From positions 39,249-103,248 of the forward strand of contig DASXTI010000062.1 in assembly GCA_036505535.1 (NCBI GenBank): a DNA stretch of 64,000 nt, in the 5' to 3' direction. Made by a program: the position numbers and the translations under genes. Within the stretch, counting starts at the first letter, position 1; every line of letters begins with the position of its first letter. The notes beneath the pieces are model-generated. The model was not told where the DNA came from. It saw only the letters and a program-made list of their open reading frames with translations, and searched no databases. This DNA is from Thermoanaerobaculia bacterium. Lineage in GTDB: Bacteria > Acidobacteriota > Thermoanaerobaculia > UBA5066 > Gp7-AA6. This document shows, in pieces, positions 25,136 to 35,378 of the stretch.

Positions 25136-27000
25136 GACCGCTCCCGCGGCTTCTGCGCTACTTCGGCCGCTACAAGTGGCGGGCGGTCCTGGCCCTGGCG
25201 GCCATGGGCATCGTCTCGGTGGCGACCGTCGCCCTGCTCTTCCTGCTCAAGCAGGTCATCGACGAGGTTCTGGGCGCGGGCGCCTCGAGCACGCTGTCGG
25301 GCCTGGGATCTTCGGCCGCCTCCCCGCGGGTCGCGCCTCTGCTCGCCTGGCTCCAATCCGCTTATGCCGCCGGCCGGGACGCGGCCGTGGCCGCTGGGCT
25401 GGACACTCGCTTCGCGATCCCGCTCCTGCTGCTGGCGGCGCTCGTCGTCAAGAACGTCTTTGCCTATCTCTCCGAGTTCGCTCTCAACTCGATCGGCCTC
25501 GGGATGGTCCGAGACCTTCGGCGCGACGCCTACCGTGCGCTGCTCGATCAGTCGACGCGGTACTCTTCGGACAGCTCTTCGGGGGACCTCATGAGCCGTC
25601 TGCTCTCGGACGCCGAGCAAGTCCAGACGGCTTTTGGCTCCCGTCTGGCCGACTTCGTACAGGGAAGCCTGACGATGGTCCTCGTCCTTCTCTACGTCTT
25701 CTCGCTGAATTTCCGGCTGGCAATCGCCGTGCTCGTCGTGGCGCCGGTCGTGGTCGTCCCCATCGTCGCCAACTTTCGCAAGCTCCGGCGTGCCGGTCTC
25801 TCGGCGCGGGAGCGAATCGGGGAGATGGGGTCAATCCTGGGGGAAACGCTGCGCGGTCATCGGCTGATCAAGACGTACGCGATGGAGGACTTCGAGGCCG
25901 AGCGGTTCCGTCGCGCCAACGCGCGCTACTTCCGAGCCAGTCGCCAGACCGTCCGCCTGCAGGCGCTCAACTCCCCCCTGATGGAGATCCTGGCCGGTAT
26001 CGGCCTCGCTTCGATCTTCATCTACGCCGCCGGGCAGATTCGCGCCGGACAGATGACGGTTGGCGGCCTGCTCTCCTTCCTGGCCGCGCTTCTGATGATG
26101 TACAAACCGCTCAAGGACGTCACGCGGACCAACATCGTGCTCCAGGTCGCGCTCGCTTCCGCGAGCCGGGTCTTCGAGATCATCGACTCGCCCAATGACA
26201 TCCTGGAGAAGCCCGGCGCGAGAGAGCTGCCGCGGTTTTCCTCCCTTCTTCGATACGACGGCGTCGCCTTCGCGTACGGCGCCGAGCTCGTGCTGCGGGA
26301 GATCAACCTCTCCATTCGCCGGGGCGAGACGGTGGCGCTCGTCGGGCCGTCGGGAGCGGGAAAGACGACGCTCGTCAACCTGCTCCCGCGTCTCTACGAT
26401 CCGACAAGAGGCCGCGTCAGTTTCGACGGCGTCGACCTTCGCGATGCCACGCTGGCGTCGTTGCGGCGCCAGATCGGCCTCGTGACGCAGGACACGATCC
26501 TCTTCGACGCGAGCGTACGGGAAAACATCGCCTACGGAGCGCCCGACCCCCCCGAGGAGAAGGTGCGTGAGGCAGCCCAGGCGGCCTGCGCTGACGAGTT
26601 CATCTCGCGCCTTCCCCAGGGCTACGACACGGCAGTGGGGGAGGGGGCGTCGCGCCTCTCGGGCGGTCAGCGCCAGCGACTCGCGATTGCCCGGGCGATC
26701 TACAAGGACGCGCCGATCTTGATCCTCGATGAGGCGACCTCCCAGCTGGATACCGAGTCCGAGGCGCTGATCGCGCGGGCGCTCGCAAACCTGATGAAGG
26801 GGAGGACGACTCTCGTCATCGCCCACCGGATGTCGACCGTGCGCCGGGCGGATCGCATCCTCGTTCTGGACGAAGGGCGTATCACGGAGGAGGGAACGCA
26901 TCAGGAGCTCTTGACTCGGCGCGGCCTCTATCGCAGGCTGCACGACATGCAGTACTTCGCCGAGAGCGAAGCCGCGCTCTCGACGCCCGCATCACCGTGA
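25132..27000 (+). CDS. msbA: ABC transporter permease/ATPase, MsbA-like lipid A flippase
   Basis: Six-TM ABC exporter domain plus Walker A GPSGAGKTT, signature LSGGQRQR and Walker B ILILDEATS. Sits directly after lpxB (ATGA overlap). Confidence 0.85.
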   Translation: MRPLPRLLRYFGRYKWRAVLALAAMGIVSVATVALLFLLKQVIDEVLGAGASSTLSGLGSSAASPRVAPLLAWLQSAYAAGRDAAVAAGLDTRFAIPLLLLAALVVKNVFAYLSEFALNSIGLGMVRDLRRDAYRALLDQSTRYSSDSSSGDLMSRLLSDAEQVQTAFGSRLADFVQGSLTMVLVLLYVFSLNFRLAIAVLVVAPVVVVPIVANFRKLRRAGLSARERIGEMGSILGETLRGHRLIKTYAMEDFEAERFRRANARYFRASRQTVRLQALNSPLMEILAGIGLASIFIYAAGQIRAGQMTVGGLLSFLAALLMMYKPLKDVTRTNIVLQVALASASRVFEIIDSPNDILEKPGARELPRFSSLLRYDGVAFAYGAELVLREINLSIRRGETVALVGPSGAGKTTLVNLLPRLYDPTRGRVSFDGVDLRDATLASLRRQIGLVTQDTILFDASVRENIAYGAPDPPEEKVREAAQAACADEFISRLPQGYDTAVGEGASRLSGGQRQRLAIARAIYKDAPILILDEATSQLDTESEALIARALANLMKGRTTLVIAHRMSTVRRADRILVLDEGRITEEGTHQELLTRRGLYRRLHDMQYFAESEAALSTPASP

Positions 27001-27887
27001 ACCTTCGCAGCATGACCGGCTTCGGCCGGGCGCGCGGCTCCGTCGGACGGGACTGGACGGGGGAGGTCGTCGCTCGCTCGGTCAACAGCCGCTTCCTCGA
27101 CTTCACTTTTAAGACGAAGGAATCGGAGGTCTCCCTCGAGCCGGTCCTGCGGCGGGTCTTCAGCCGGCACATCTCCCGTGGCAAAGTCGAGGTGGTCTTG
27201 CGCCTGAAGCGCACCGTCTTCTCGGAACAGGAGATCCACGTTGACGAGGGTCTCCTGCGGGCCTTTCTTTCGCGTCTGGCGCTCCTCTCGCGCGAATACC
27301 CGATCGAAGCAAGACTGACTCCCCACGACGTTCTGGCCATCCCGCAGGTCGTCACCGTCGAGGCTGCCGCGGATTCGTTCTCACCCGCGGAGATCGCCGC
27401 CGTCGAGGCGCTCGCCGAAGAAGCCGCGCGCGCTCTCGTCGCGATGCGCGAGGCCGAGGGCGCGGCAATCGTGGCGGAGATTGCCCCGCGGGTCGCTTCG
27501 ATCGGCCGGAAGGCCATGACTCTCGCGTCGCGCCGGGAAGAGATCGTTCGCAATCTCGCCGCCGGGCTGCGCGAACGGGTGCGGGCGCTCTTTCCCGACA
27601 TGGCGCTCGATCCCGGTCGGGTGGAGCAGGAAGCAGCGCTCGCGGCGGATCGCGCCGACATCGCCGAGGAGCTTCAGCGGTTGCAGGGACACCTCCAGCA
27701 GTTTGCGAGCCTCTTGCAGGCTCCACCGGACGCCGTCGGAAAGACGCTCGACTTCCTGGCACAGGAGATTCTTCGCGAGCTCAACACGCTCGCGTCCAAG
27801 AGTCGCGACCTGCCTTCGACTCGTGAGGTCCTGGATATGAAGGCCGAGACCGAAAAGATCCGCGAGCAGGTGCAGAACGTCGAATGA
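26997..27887 (+). CDS. yicC: YicC family stress-induced protein
   Basis: N-terminal SMTGFGRA and C-terminal DISEELQRLQGH...EILRELNTL...KIREQVQNVE are typical of YicC. Confidence 0.85.
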   Translation: MNLRSMTGFGRARGSVGRDWTGEVVARSVNSRFLDFTFKTKESEVSLEPVLRRVFSRHISRGKVEVVLRLKRTVFSEQEIHVDEGLLRAFLSRLALLSREYPIEARLTPHDVLAIPQVVTVEAAADSFSPAEIAAVEALAEEAARALVAMREAEGAAIVAEIAPRVASIGRKAMTLASRREEIVRNLAAGLRERVRALFPDMALDPGRVEQEAALAADRADIAEELQRLQGHLQQFASLLQAPPDAVGKTLDFLAQEILRELNTLASKSRDLPSTREVLDMKAETEKIREQVQNVE

Positions 27888-28507
27888 GCGGCCCCCGCGG
27901 CTTCCTGTTCATCGTGTCGTCCCCCTCCGGCGGCGGAAAGACGACGTTGATCCGCCGGCTGCTCGCCAATCCTCCCGGCGAATCGATTCGGTTCTCCGTC
28001 TCTCACACGACCCGGCCCCGGCGGGAGGGGGAGGTCGATGGACGCGAGTATCACTTCGTGACGGCCGCCGAGTTCGAGAACATGGCTCGACACGGGGAGT
28101 TTCTCGAGCACAACGAAGTGCATGGCAACTTCTACGGAACCGCGAAGTCCGAGGTGCTGCCGAGGCTGGCCGGCGGGGAAGACGTCGTGCTCGACATCGA
28201 CGTGCAGGGCGCCCGTGACATCCGAGCCGCCTATCCCGAGGCCATCTCGATATTCATCGTTCCCTCGTCGGTCGCCGAGCTCGAACATCGGCTGCGCGAG
28301 CGCGGTTTGGACGGCGAGGACGCGATCCGCAAACGGCTCATCAATGCGGCCAAGGAAGTGGCGCAAGCCGAAGAGTTTCAATATGTTATCGTCAACGATG
28401 ACCTCCCGCGTGCCGTTCTTGAGTTAGAATCAGTGGTTCGTGCCTCGAGGTTGACCCCGGCCCGGCAGGCCAGGGCCCTCGAGCGACTTCGCAAAGACTT
28501 CCGTTAG
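27884..28507 (+). CDS. gmk: Guanylate kinase
   Basis: P-loop SSPSGGGKTT and SVSHTTRPRREGEVDGREYHF. Confidence 0.95.
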   Translation: MSGPRGFLFIVSSPSGGGKTTLIRRLLANPPGESIRFSVSHTTRPRREGEVDGREYHFVTAAEFENMARHGEFLEHNEVHGNFYGTAKSEVLPRLAGGEDVVLDIDVQGARDIRAAYPEAISIFIVPSSVAELEHRLRERGLDGEDAIRKRLINAAKEVAQAEEFQYVIVNDDLPRAVLELESVVRASRLTPARQARALERLRKDFR

Positions 28508-28522
28508 AAGGGATTAAGAGAA

Positions 28523-28780
28523 ATGATTCAGTCGATGCCCGAAGGTGTGGACAGCAAGTTCCGGCTGGTGCTCTTGATTGCGCGGCGGGCCGAGCAGCTC
28601 ATGCGCGGCGCCCGCCCGAAGCTCGAGAGCGATCGGCCATTGAAACCGACGCGGCTGGCGGCGGCCGAATTCGACCAGAATCAGATCCGCTGGGGCCATG
28701 GCGAAGAGGGAGGCGTCCTCGAGGCGGCGGCGGAAGGCGCCGGCGAGGAAGAGCTGGTGGAGGAAGAAGCGGCCCGCTGA
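28523..28780 (+). CDS. rpoZ: DNA-directed RNA polymerase subunit omega
   Basis: 85 aa with SKFRLVLLIARRAEQL. The gmk-rpoZ order is conserved. Confidence 0.85.
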   Translation: MIQSMPEGVDSKFRLVLLIARRAEQLMRGARPKLESDRPLKPTRLAAAEFDQNQIRWGHGEEGGVLEAAAEGAGEEELVEEEAAR

Positions 28781-28805
28781 TTCCCCGGGCCTCTTGCCGA
28801 AACCC

Positions 28806-30050
28806 ATGAACCGCGCCCCGCGGATACTCCTCGGTGTCAGCGGGGGAATCGCCGCCTACAAGGCTGCGGAGGTCGTTCGGGGCTTGGTCCAGCGCGGCGC
28901 GGACGTCCACGTGGCCATGACTCGGGGGGCTCGCGAGTTCGTCGCGCCGCTGACCTTTGCCGCTCTCTCGAAGCACGAGGTATACACGGAGGTCTGGACC
29001 GACGGCGCCGCCGTCGACCACGTCTTGCTCGCCGAGGGATGCGATCTGCTGCTGGTCGCCCCGGCCACGGCTCACACGATCGCCAAGCTCGCCAACGGCT
29101 TCGCCGACGATTTCCTCTCGACGTATTTTCTGGCGCATCGGGGCGCCGTGCTCCTCGCGCCCGCGATGGAATCGGCCATGTGGGCCCACGAGGCGGTTCG
29201 GGCAAACGTAGAGCAACTTTCCGCGCGGGGCGTGCGGATGATCGGGCCGGACAGCGGATTCCTGGCCTCCGGCCACGAAGGAGTCGGCCGGATGGCCGAA
29301 CCGCCGTCGATCATCGAAGAGGCCTGGCGGATCGCGACCGGCGATCTCCGCGACTTGGCCGGGCTCCGCATCCTGGTGACGGCGGGGCCAACGCGTGAGC
29401 CCATCGATCCGATCCGGTTCCTGTCCAACCGCTCGAGCGGAAGGATGGGCTTTGCCCTCGCCGCGGCGGCCCGTGACCGAGGCGGCATCGTGACCCTGCT
29501 CTCCGGTCCGACCGATCTTCCGTACCCCCTGGGGGTTCGCGTTCTCGCCTTCGAGACCGCCGATGAGCTCCACGCGCATCTCGTGCGCGAATTCCCCGAA
29601 TGCGACGGCCTCGTGATGGCGGCGGCGGTCGCGGACTTCATCCCGGAGCGCCGCCCTCGCCGCCTTCATCGCGAAGAGGGGGGACAGTCGTTGCGTCTGG
29701 ATCCGGGTCGCGACCTTCTCGCGAGTCTCCAGCCTCTTAAGCGCAGGCAGACGGTCGTCGCCTTCGCGGCGGAGACCGAGGACTTCGAGCGACGCGGTCG
29801 GCAGAAGATGAAAGAGAAGGGGGCCGATCTCGTCGTCGTCAACGATGTCGGCCGCCAGGGCATCGGTTTCGATTCGGGAGACAACGAGGTCTTGATTCTC
29901 GGTCGGACAGGCAGCCGCGAAGCGATCTCGAGGCGCACGAAACGCGAGATCGCGGATCGAATCTGGGACGCGTTCCTCTCGGTGCGAGCCGCTCAGGGGC
30001 CGGACTTCTCCGCCAGCACCGTCCATTTGTCCGACAACCAGCCCAGGTAG
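28806..30050 (+). CDS. coaBC: Bifunctional phosphopantothenoylcysteine decarboxylase / phosphopantothenate--cysteine ligase
   Basis: ATG at 28806 within ORF 28698..30050. Flavoprotein motif ILLGVSGGIAAYKA, then the CoaB half (ILVTAGPTREPIDPIRFLSNRSSGRMG). Confidence 0.9.
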   Translation: MNRAPRILLGVSGGIAAYKAAEVVRGLVQRGADVHVAMTRGAREFVAPLTFAALSKHEVYTEVWTDGAAVDHVLLAEGCDLLLVAPATAHTIAKLANGFADDFLSTYFLAHRGAVLLAPAMESAMWAHEAVRANVEQLSARGVRMIGPDSGFLASGHEGVGRMAEPPSIIEEAWRIATGDLRDLAGLRILVTAGPTREPIDPIRFLSNRSSGRMGFALAAAARDRGGIVTLLSGPTDLPYPLGVRVLAFETADELHAHLVREFPECDGLVMAAAVADFIPERRPRRLHREEGGQSLRLDPGRDLLASLQPLKRRQTVVAFAAETEDFERRGRQKMKEKGADLVVVNDVGRQGIGFDSGDNEVLILGRTGSREAISRRTKREIADRIWDAFLSVRAAQGPDFSASTVHLSDNQPR

Positions 30051-30667
30051 CGGCGGGACGGGTAGATCCCGGCGAGCCGGAGTCCGGCCTCGGCGAGCTC
30101 CTCTCGAAGTATCCGCCGCGAAAACCGAAACTGCACCCGCGCCAGGAGTCCCAACTCGTGACGGATGCGCCAGCCGATGTATCGAAAGTTATACCGGTGA
30201 CGGAAATCGACAACGAGCCACCGGCGGCTGACCCGACGCATCTCCATGAGGATCCTCCGGCGGCCCTCGCGATCCAGATGGAACATGAAGCGGATCGCGA
30301 ACACGCAGTCGACCGAGGCATCACGGTACGGAATGGCGTCGGCGTCGCACTGCAAGAGCGGAAGCGTCGCGCCGAGTTTCTGGCGCGCCACGCGCATCAT
30401 TTCGAGCGAGATGTCCGCGGCGACCGCCGCGATCCCCCGCTTTCGCAAAAGCGGAACGAGCCGTCCGGTCCCGCAGGGCAAATCGAGCGCGCTGCCGATC
30501 GGCCACCCGCGCCGGGACGCCTCATCCAGCGCGTGGGCAATCGCCGCGAGGTCCCGGCGATTGCGCCGACGGCCGCGCGCCGTCTCGTATCGCCAGGAGT
30601 CGTAGCCATCGGCGACCGCGACATCCTGGTAGCGGGCCCTGGCTCGTTCGGAGGAGGAAGCGGCCAC
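29993..30667 (-). CDS. Class I SAM-dependent methyltransferase
   Basis: Motif I LDLPCGTGRL. 224-aa ORF. Its 3' end overlaps the coaBC 3' end by 58 nt (convergent). Confidence 0.7.
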   Translation of the reverse strand: MAASSSERARARYQDVAVADGYDSWRYETARGRRRNRRDLAAIAHALDEASRRGWPIGSALDLPCGTGRLVPLLRKRGIAAVAADISLEMMRVARQKLGATLPLLQCDADAIPYRDASVDCVFAIRFMFHLDREGRRRILMEMRRVSRRWLVVDFRHRYNFRYIGWRIRHELGLLARVQFRFSRRILREELAEAGLRLAGIYPSRRYLGWLSDKWTVLAEKSGP

Positions 30668-30723
30668 CGTGACGGGATTCTACCGGGCGGCCGTCGGCCG
30701 CCCACGGGCGTAGACTTCCGGGA

Positions 30724-31392
30724 ATGGCCGGCGGTGGCTCTTCGCGCGAGCAGCTCGAGTATTTTCGAGACCTGGGCATCCGGGACTTCTTTGTCCCGAT
30801 GGCCCCGGCGCGCCGCGTGCCCGCGCTCGTCCCCGGGTCGATCCCGGATCTGGCATCGCTCAACCGATTTCTGGAGGGCTGTCCGCGCTGCAAGCTCTCG
30901 AAGGGACGCACACACGTCGTGTTCGGACAGGGAAATCCGACGGCCGAGCTGATGTTCGTGGGAGAGGGCCCAGGGCGGGAGGAGGACGAGCTAGGGCTCG
31001 CCTTCGTCGGCCGCGCCGGACAGCTCTTGACCCGGATCATCGAGGCGATCGGCAGGAGGAGGGAGGACGTCTACATCACGAACGTCGTGAAGTGCCGGCC
31101 GCCCAACAACCGAAATCCGGAGGCCGATGAGGTCGAATCCTGCCGTCCCTTTCTCGAGGAACAGATTCGGTTGATCTCCCCGAAGGTGATCGTAACGCTC
31201 GGGACCTTCGCCGCACAGGCGATCCTCGAGACCGACGAGCCCATCGGGCGACTGCGAGGCCGATGGCGAACGGCGCGCGGGGTCCGGATCATGCCGACTT
31301 TCCACCCGGCCTTCTTGCTCCGCTCGCCGGAGCGCAAGAAAGACGTCTGGGAAGACATGAAGCTGGTTCGGGATTTCCTGGCGGCGAAATGA
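30724..31392 (+). CDS. Uracil-DNA glycosylase, family 4
   Basis: Motif A GEGPGREEDELGLAFVGRAGQLL and C-terminal HPAFLLR motif. Confidence 0.9.
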   Translation: MAGGGSSREQLEYFRDLGIRDFFVPMAPARRVPALVPGSIPDLASLNRFLEGCPRCKLSKGRTHVVFGQGNPTAELMFVGEGPGREEDELGLAFVGRAGQLLTRIIEAIGRRREDVYITNVVKCRPPNNRNPEADEVESCRPFLEEQIRLISPKVIVTLGTFAAQAILETDEPIGRLRGRWRTARGVRIMPTFHPAFLLRSPERKKDVWEDMKLVRDFLAAK

Positions 31393-31393
31393 G

Positions 31394-31417
31394 ATGGGCG
31401 GCCTTTCGGCCGCCCAT
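31394..31417. terminator. Perfect 10-bp stem-loop ATGGGCGGCC-TTTC-GGCCGCCCAT between convergent genes
   Basis: Seen in sequence 2 nt after the UDG stop codon. Possibly bidirectional. Confidence 0.6.
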
Positions 31418-31491
31418 TCGCTCGATCCTCGAATCCCCCGGCGCCGGCGCGCCTCGGGATGACGCGAAGGGCGCCTAGCGGCCCCTTCGCG

Positions 31492-32226
31492 TCACTTCGT
31501 CAGCGTGTTGAAGATCGGGAAGTGGCTCGCGGCACCCATGAAGAAGAGCATCGGGATCGAAAGCCACGCGTTGGTGCGCGAGGCGAGAAACGCGCGGCGC
31601 GCCCACCGCGGCTGATCGGCGGGCGCCGGGGCGCCGGCTTCGGCTGTCGCTCGGGTCGCGGCGATGATCTTCTTTTGAAGCGGCCAGATGATCATCCAGA
31701 CGTTCATGAACATGACGGTGCCAATGCCGCCGCCCACGAGGATCGAGGAGGCGCGGTTGCTCGCGCCCCATCCGTGAGCGAGCGAAGTGACAATCCAGCT
31801 GGCCACGATCACGACGATCGCGACGATGAGCGCAACGACTCGACCGTCCTTGAGGGAGCCGCCGCCGACCGAAGCGCGGTAGACCCCGGCGAGAATCGCG
31901 AAGGCGACCGCCCAGACGACCAAAACAACGAGGATCGCGACTCCGGCGTTTTGCGGGATCTCCTTGCCTGCCGTGGCGAAATAGCCGAGATAGAGGAAAC
32001 CCGACAGCCAGGTCACCACGGCTCCCCAGCGGAACCACCAGAGCGAGCGGGAAAGCAGCGGCGGGTTGGTCTTCAGCTTCGTGGCGGCGTCGATCTCCTT
32101 CTGGAATTGCACGTTGACGAGGTTGAAAAAGTAGAGCATGCCGATCCACGCGATGCCTGACAGGAAATGCAGCCAGCGGAGGAAGAACTGGAAATTTGTC
32201 GCGAAATCCTGAGGCCAAGTGATCAT
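31492..32226 (-). CDS. Polytopic membrane protein (resembles the N-terminal transmembrane domain of PuuD-type proteins; function unknown)
   Basis: 244-aa ORF with ~6 hydrophobic helices and FFLRWLHFLSGIAWIGMLYFFNLVN near the N-terminus. The family assignment is from memory and tentative. Confidence 0.6.
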   Translation of the reverse strand: MITWPQDFATNFQFFLRWLHFLSGIAWIGMLYFFNLVNVQFQKEIDAATKLKTNPPLLSRSLWWFRWGAVVTWLSGFLYLGYFATAGKEIPQNAGVAILVVLVVWAVAFAILAGVYRASVGGGSLKDGRVVALIVAIVVIVASWIVTSLAHGWGASNRASSILVGGGIGTVMFMNVWMIIWPLQKKIIAATRATAEAGAPAPADQPRWARRAFLASRTNAWLSIPMLFFMGAASHFPIFNTLTK

Positions 32227-32319
32227 CGAAACCTCCTCTCGACGCGAAGCGCGGCAATCTTCTCACAGGCCTCGCCGGTGGGCTTAGAATGCTCCTCGGA
32301 TCGCCGACTCTCGAGCACC

Positions 32320-32970
32320 ATGACGTCACGCCCGCCATCGCTCCGTCGCAACTCCGCCTCCCGCCGGTTTCTGGCGGTCGCGGGTCTCGTCTTCGCCTCG
32401 GTCCTTGCGCCGAACTGCCGGCCGCGAACAACGCTCGCCGTCCGTACGGAGGCGACGCCTGCGCCATCCGCGGACCGCGGGCCGGCGCGCGTCGAGGCCG
32501 TGGGCTACGAGTTTCGGCCCGCCGAGAAGAAGGCCGTCGAGGAATTCCTACGAATGAATCCGGACCTGCGCGCAGCCTCCGACGGGGATCGCCGGAAGGG
32601 CGACGACGACGTCGAAAGCCTCTATGGCGTCTACCATCCTTACTTCGTGCGTGGCGACGTCAACGACGACGGGCTTCTGGATTTCGTGCTCGCGTTCGTG
32701 CGCCGGGACTCCGATCCGGACTCGCCGTGGTTCTCCATCGTCGTCTTCGCGGGACGAGGCGACGGGAGCTTTTCGACGGGAGCTTCGCTCGAGCGCGACA
32801 TCTCGCTTGCGGACGGAGACCTGGCGATCGACCGCGACTCGATCGTCGTCACGCCCGACGTTTCCCAAGACGCGGCGCGCCGTTACCGCTGGGATCCCGG
32901 AAAGCAGCGTCACGTCTTCGTGCGAGATGCCCCCGAGGAACCGTCGTCGCCTCCGCCGGCCCAGACTTGA
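32320..32970 (+). CDS. Hypothetical secreted/lipoprotein with FG-GAP/VCBS-like segment
   Basis: ATG at 32320 within ORF 32167..32970. Signal-like RRFLAVAGLVFASVLAPNC. GDVNDDGLLDFVL motif. Confidence 0.55.
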   Translation: MTSRPPSLRRNSASRRFLAVAGLVFASVLAPNCRPRTTLAVRTEATPAPSADRGPARVEAVGYEFRPAEKKAVEEFLRMNPDLRAASDGDRRKGDDDVESLYGVYHPYFVRGDVNDDGLLDFVLAFVRRDSDPDSPWFSIVVFAGRGDGSFSTGASLERDISLADGDLAIDRDSIVVTPDVSQDAARRYRWDPGKQRHVFVRDAPEEPSSPPPAQT

Positions 32971-32984
32971 ACGGCGCCGCGCGC

Positions 32985-35378
32985 ATGGTCGCGGTCGCTC
33001 TGCCCCTGCCACTCCGCCGAAGCTTCACCTACGCCGTCCCGGAAACTTGGGGGATGCCGACTCCCGGGGTCCGCGTTCGCGTTCCCTTTGGCGAGCGCGT
33101 ACTCACCGGTGTCGTTCTGCCGGACGCGCCGGTCGAGGCGCCCGGGCCGGCGCGACAGATCCTCGAGGTTCTCGAGGAGGGACCCGTGTGTTCGGCCGAG
33201 CTCCTGGCGACGGCCGCTCGGATCGCCGAGCGTTTCTTCGCGTCGACCGGAGAGGTTCTCAAGGGCGCTCTGCCGGCCCGCCTGGCCGCTTCGGGCTCCG
33301 TCCGGTACCGGTTGACCGAGAAGGGAGCCGTCGGGCGCGCGTCGGCTATTGAGATCGAGCGCCCGATCCTGGATTGTCTTGCCACCGGCGAGGCGGTCCG
33401 CGTCGTCGACCTTCCCGGCGCGGGAAAGGAACGGCACGAACGGCTTCGATCGCTCGAGGAGCGCGGGTGGGTCCGAGCCGTCTCCGTCGCCAAACCGCGC
33501 ACCCCCCGACCGGAGATCGCCTATACGCTGGGCCCGGCGTCCGACCTGCAGCATGAGTCGGCTCTCGGTCGAAGCCGTCGAGGTCGCGAGGTTCTGGACT
33601 TCCTGAGTACCCTCGGGAGGCCCGCCACCGCGCTCGAGATCCGTTTGGGCACCGGCTGCGGGCCCTCGGTACTGCGCTCGCTCGTAACGAAGGGCCTTCT
33701 CCGTTCCTTCGAGCAGACGCGGCGCCTGGAGTCCCCGGCACTCGCGGGAAGAGCGGGATCCGTCATCGAGCCGACGCGCGAGCAAGCCAGCGCCGTCGAG
33801 GCGATCGTCGCGGCGATTGCCGAGCGGCGCTACTTTCCGGCGCTCCTCCGGGGCGTGACGGGAAGCGGCAAGACCGAAGTCTATTTGCGCGCGATCCGGG
33901 CCGCCCTGGACCGCGGCCGCGGCGCCGTCTGGCTCGTTCCCGAGATCGCACTGACCCCCGTCTTCGCGCGCGAGTTGAAGCGCCAGTTTCCGGAGCAGGC
34001 TGCCGTCCTCCACTCCGCACTCTCCGAACGGGAGAGGGCCGAGGCCTGGAATCGCGTGCGCTCGGGAGAGGCCCGCGCCGTCATCGGTCCGCGCTCGGCC
34101 GCCTTCGCGCCCATCGCGGATCCGGGTCTCTTCGTCGTCGACGAGGAGCACGACGCGTCCTACAAGCAGCGGGAGGCGCCACGCTACGACGCGCGCGAGG
34201 TCGTCGCACTCCGTGCGAAGGAGAACAAGGCCGCGCTCGTCTTTGGGTCGGCCACCCCGTCGATCGAGGCGTGCTACGCCGCCGAGCGCGGCCGTCTCGC
34301 TCTCCTATCCCTGTCCGAGAGAGTGGCCGCGCGTCCGCTCCCGGAGGTTCGGATCGTGGATCTCCGCAAGGAGCCCTCCCGGCCCGATGAGAAGGGCGTG
34401 CCCCTCTTTTCTCATCCCCTTCTCGAGCGGTTGCGGGAGGTCTTCGGACGAGGAGAACAGGCGATTCTTCTGCAGCCGCGGCGTGGGTTCGCGCCGTTTC
34501 TGCTGTGCCGGGAGTGCGGCTTCGACTTTCGATGCAGCCGCTGCAGCGTTGCGCGCACGGTCCACAACCGCGGACGCTCCCTGCTTTGCCACTATTGCGG
34601 AGAGCGGGTGCCGCGGCCATCGCGATGCCCCGATTGCGCCGGCACGGTGCTCGAGGCGATCGGAGCAGGAACCGAACGAGTCGCCGACCGCTTCGCGGAG
34701 CTCTTTCCGGGCGTCGCCCATGCCGTTCTCGACCGGGACGCGGTGCGGCGGCGCGGCGCCGGCGCCGTCATCGAGGAAATGCAGTCCGGCAGGATTTCCT
34801 GCCTGATCGGTACGCAGATGGTCGCCAAGGGGCACGATTTCCCGAACGTGACCGCCATCGGCGTTCTCTCCGCCGACACGCTCCTGCACTTCCCCGACTT
34901 CCGGTCCGGCGAGAAGACGTTCCAGCTCCTCGCGCAGGTGGCCGGCCGAGCGGGGCGGGGAAAAGCGGCGGGAACGGTGCACGTTCAGACTTTTCACCCC
35001 GCGCATCCAGCGATCCGTCGCGCCGCCGACCACGATGTCGCGGGCTTCGCCCGGGCGGAGCTCGAGTTCCGCCGTACGTTCTTTTATCCGCCGTTCTCCG
35101 AGATGGCCTCGATCCTCGTCGCGTCTGCCGGCCGCGAGAAGGCCGAGATGGCCGCCGTGGAGATCGGCCGCGCATTCCGAAGTCAAGGCACTCGGCTACG
35201 GATCTCCGGTCCGGCTCCCGCGCCACTCGAGCGGCTCCAGGGAAGATGGCGCTTCCAGATCCTGCTCCGCGCTTCGGACCGGCACGCGATTCTCGCGGCG
35301 CTGGAGGAGGGCGTTCCGGAGCGCCCCCCGGCCGGCGTCCAGATCGCCGTCGATGTGGACCCGCAGGATCTGATGTAG
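32985..35378 (+). CDS. priA: Primosomal protein N' (replication restart helicase PriA)
   Basis: ATG at 32985 within ORF 32289..35378. MVAVALPLPLRRSFTYAVP, Walker A GVTGSGKTEVY, VVDEEHD, and a Cys-rich zinc region CRECGF..CSRCS...CHYCG...CPDC. Confidence 0.9.
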   Translation: MVAVALPLPLRRSFTYAVPETWGMPTPGVRVRVPFGERVLTGVVLPDAPVEAPGPARQILEVLEEGPVCSAELLATAARIAERFFASTGEVLKGALPARLAASGSVRYRLTEKGAVGRASAIEIERPILDCLATGEAVRVVDLPGAGKERHERLRSLEERGWVRAVSVAKPRTPRPEIAYTLGPASDLQHESALGRSRRGREVLDFLSTLGRPATALEIRLGTGCGPSVLRSLVTKGLLRSFEQTRRLESPALAGRAGSVIEPTREQASAVEAIVAAIAERRYFPALLRGVTGSGKTEVYLRAIRAALDRGRGAVWLVPEIALTPVFARELKRQFPEQAAVLHSALSERERAEAWNRVRSGEARAVIGPRSAAFAPIADPGLFVVDEEHDASYKQREAPRYDAREVVALRAKENKAALVFGSATPSIEACYAAERGRLALLSLSERVAARPLPEVRIVDLRKEPSRPDEKGVPLFSHPLLERLREVFGRGEQAILLQPRRGFAPFLLCRECGFDFRCSRCSVARTVHNRGRSLLCHYCGERVPRPSRCPDCAGTVLEAIGAGTERVADRFAELFPGVAHAVLDRDAVRRRGAGAVIEEMQSGRISCLIGTQMVAKGHDFPNVTAIGVLSADTLLHFPDFRSGEKTFQLLAQVAGRAGRGKAAGTVHVQTFHPAHPAIRRAADHDVAGFARAELEFRRTFFYPPFSEMASILVASAGREKAEMAAVEIGRAFRSQGTRLRISGPAPAPLERLQGRWRFQILLRASDRHAILAALEEGVPERPPAGVQIAVDVDPQDLM

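Noticed and set aside
32289-32984. N-terminal extensions of ORF-track proteins (priA from 32289, lptC/A from 38078, ptsN from 42268, hprK from 43206, miaB from 48550, PAP2 from 54071, DUF4097 to 13379, Omp85 to 58397, ahcY to 59802, metK to 60943)
   Set aside because: The extensions overlap the preceding gene, are compositionally junk-like, and the conserved N-termini begin at internal starts, often with an SD or a 4-nt overlap.
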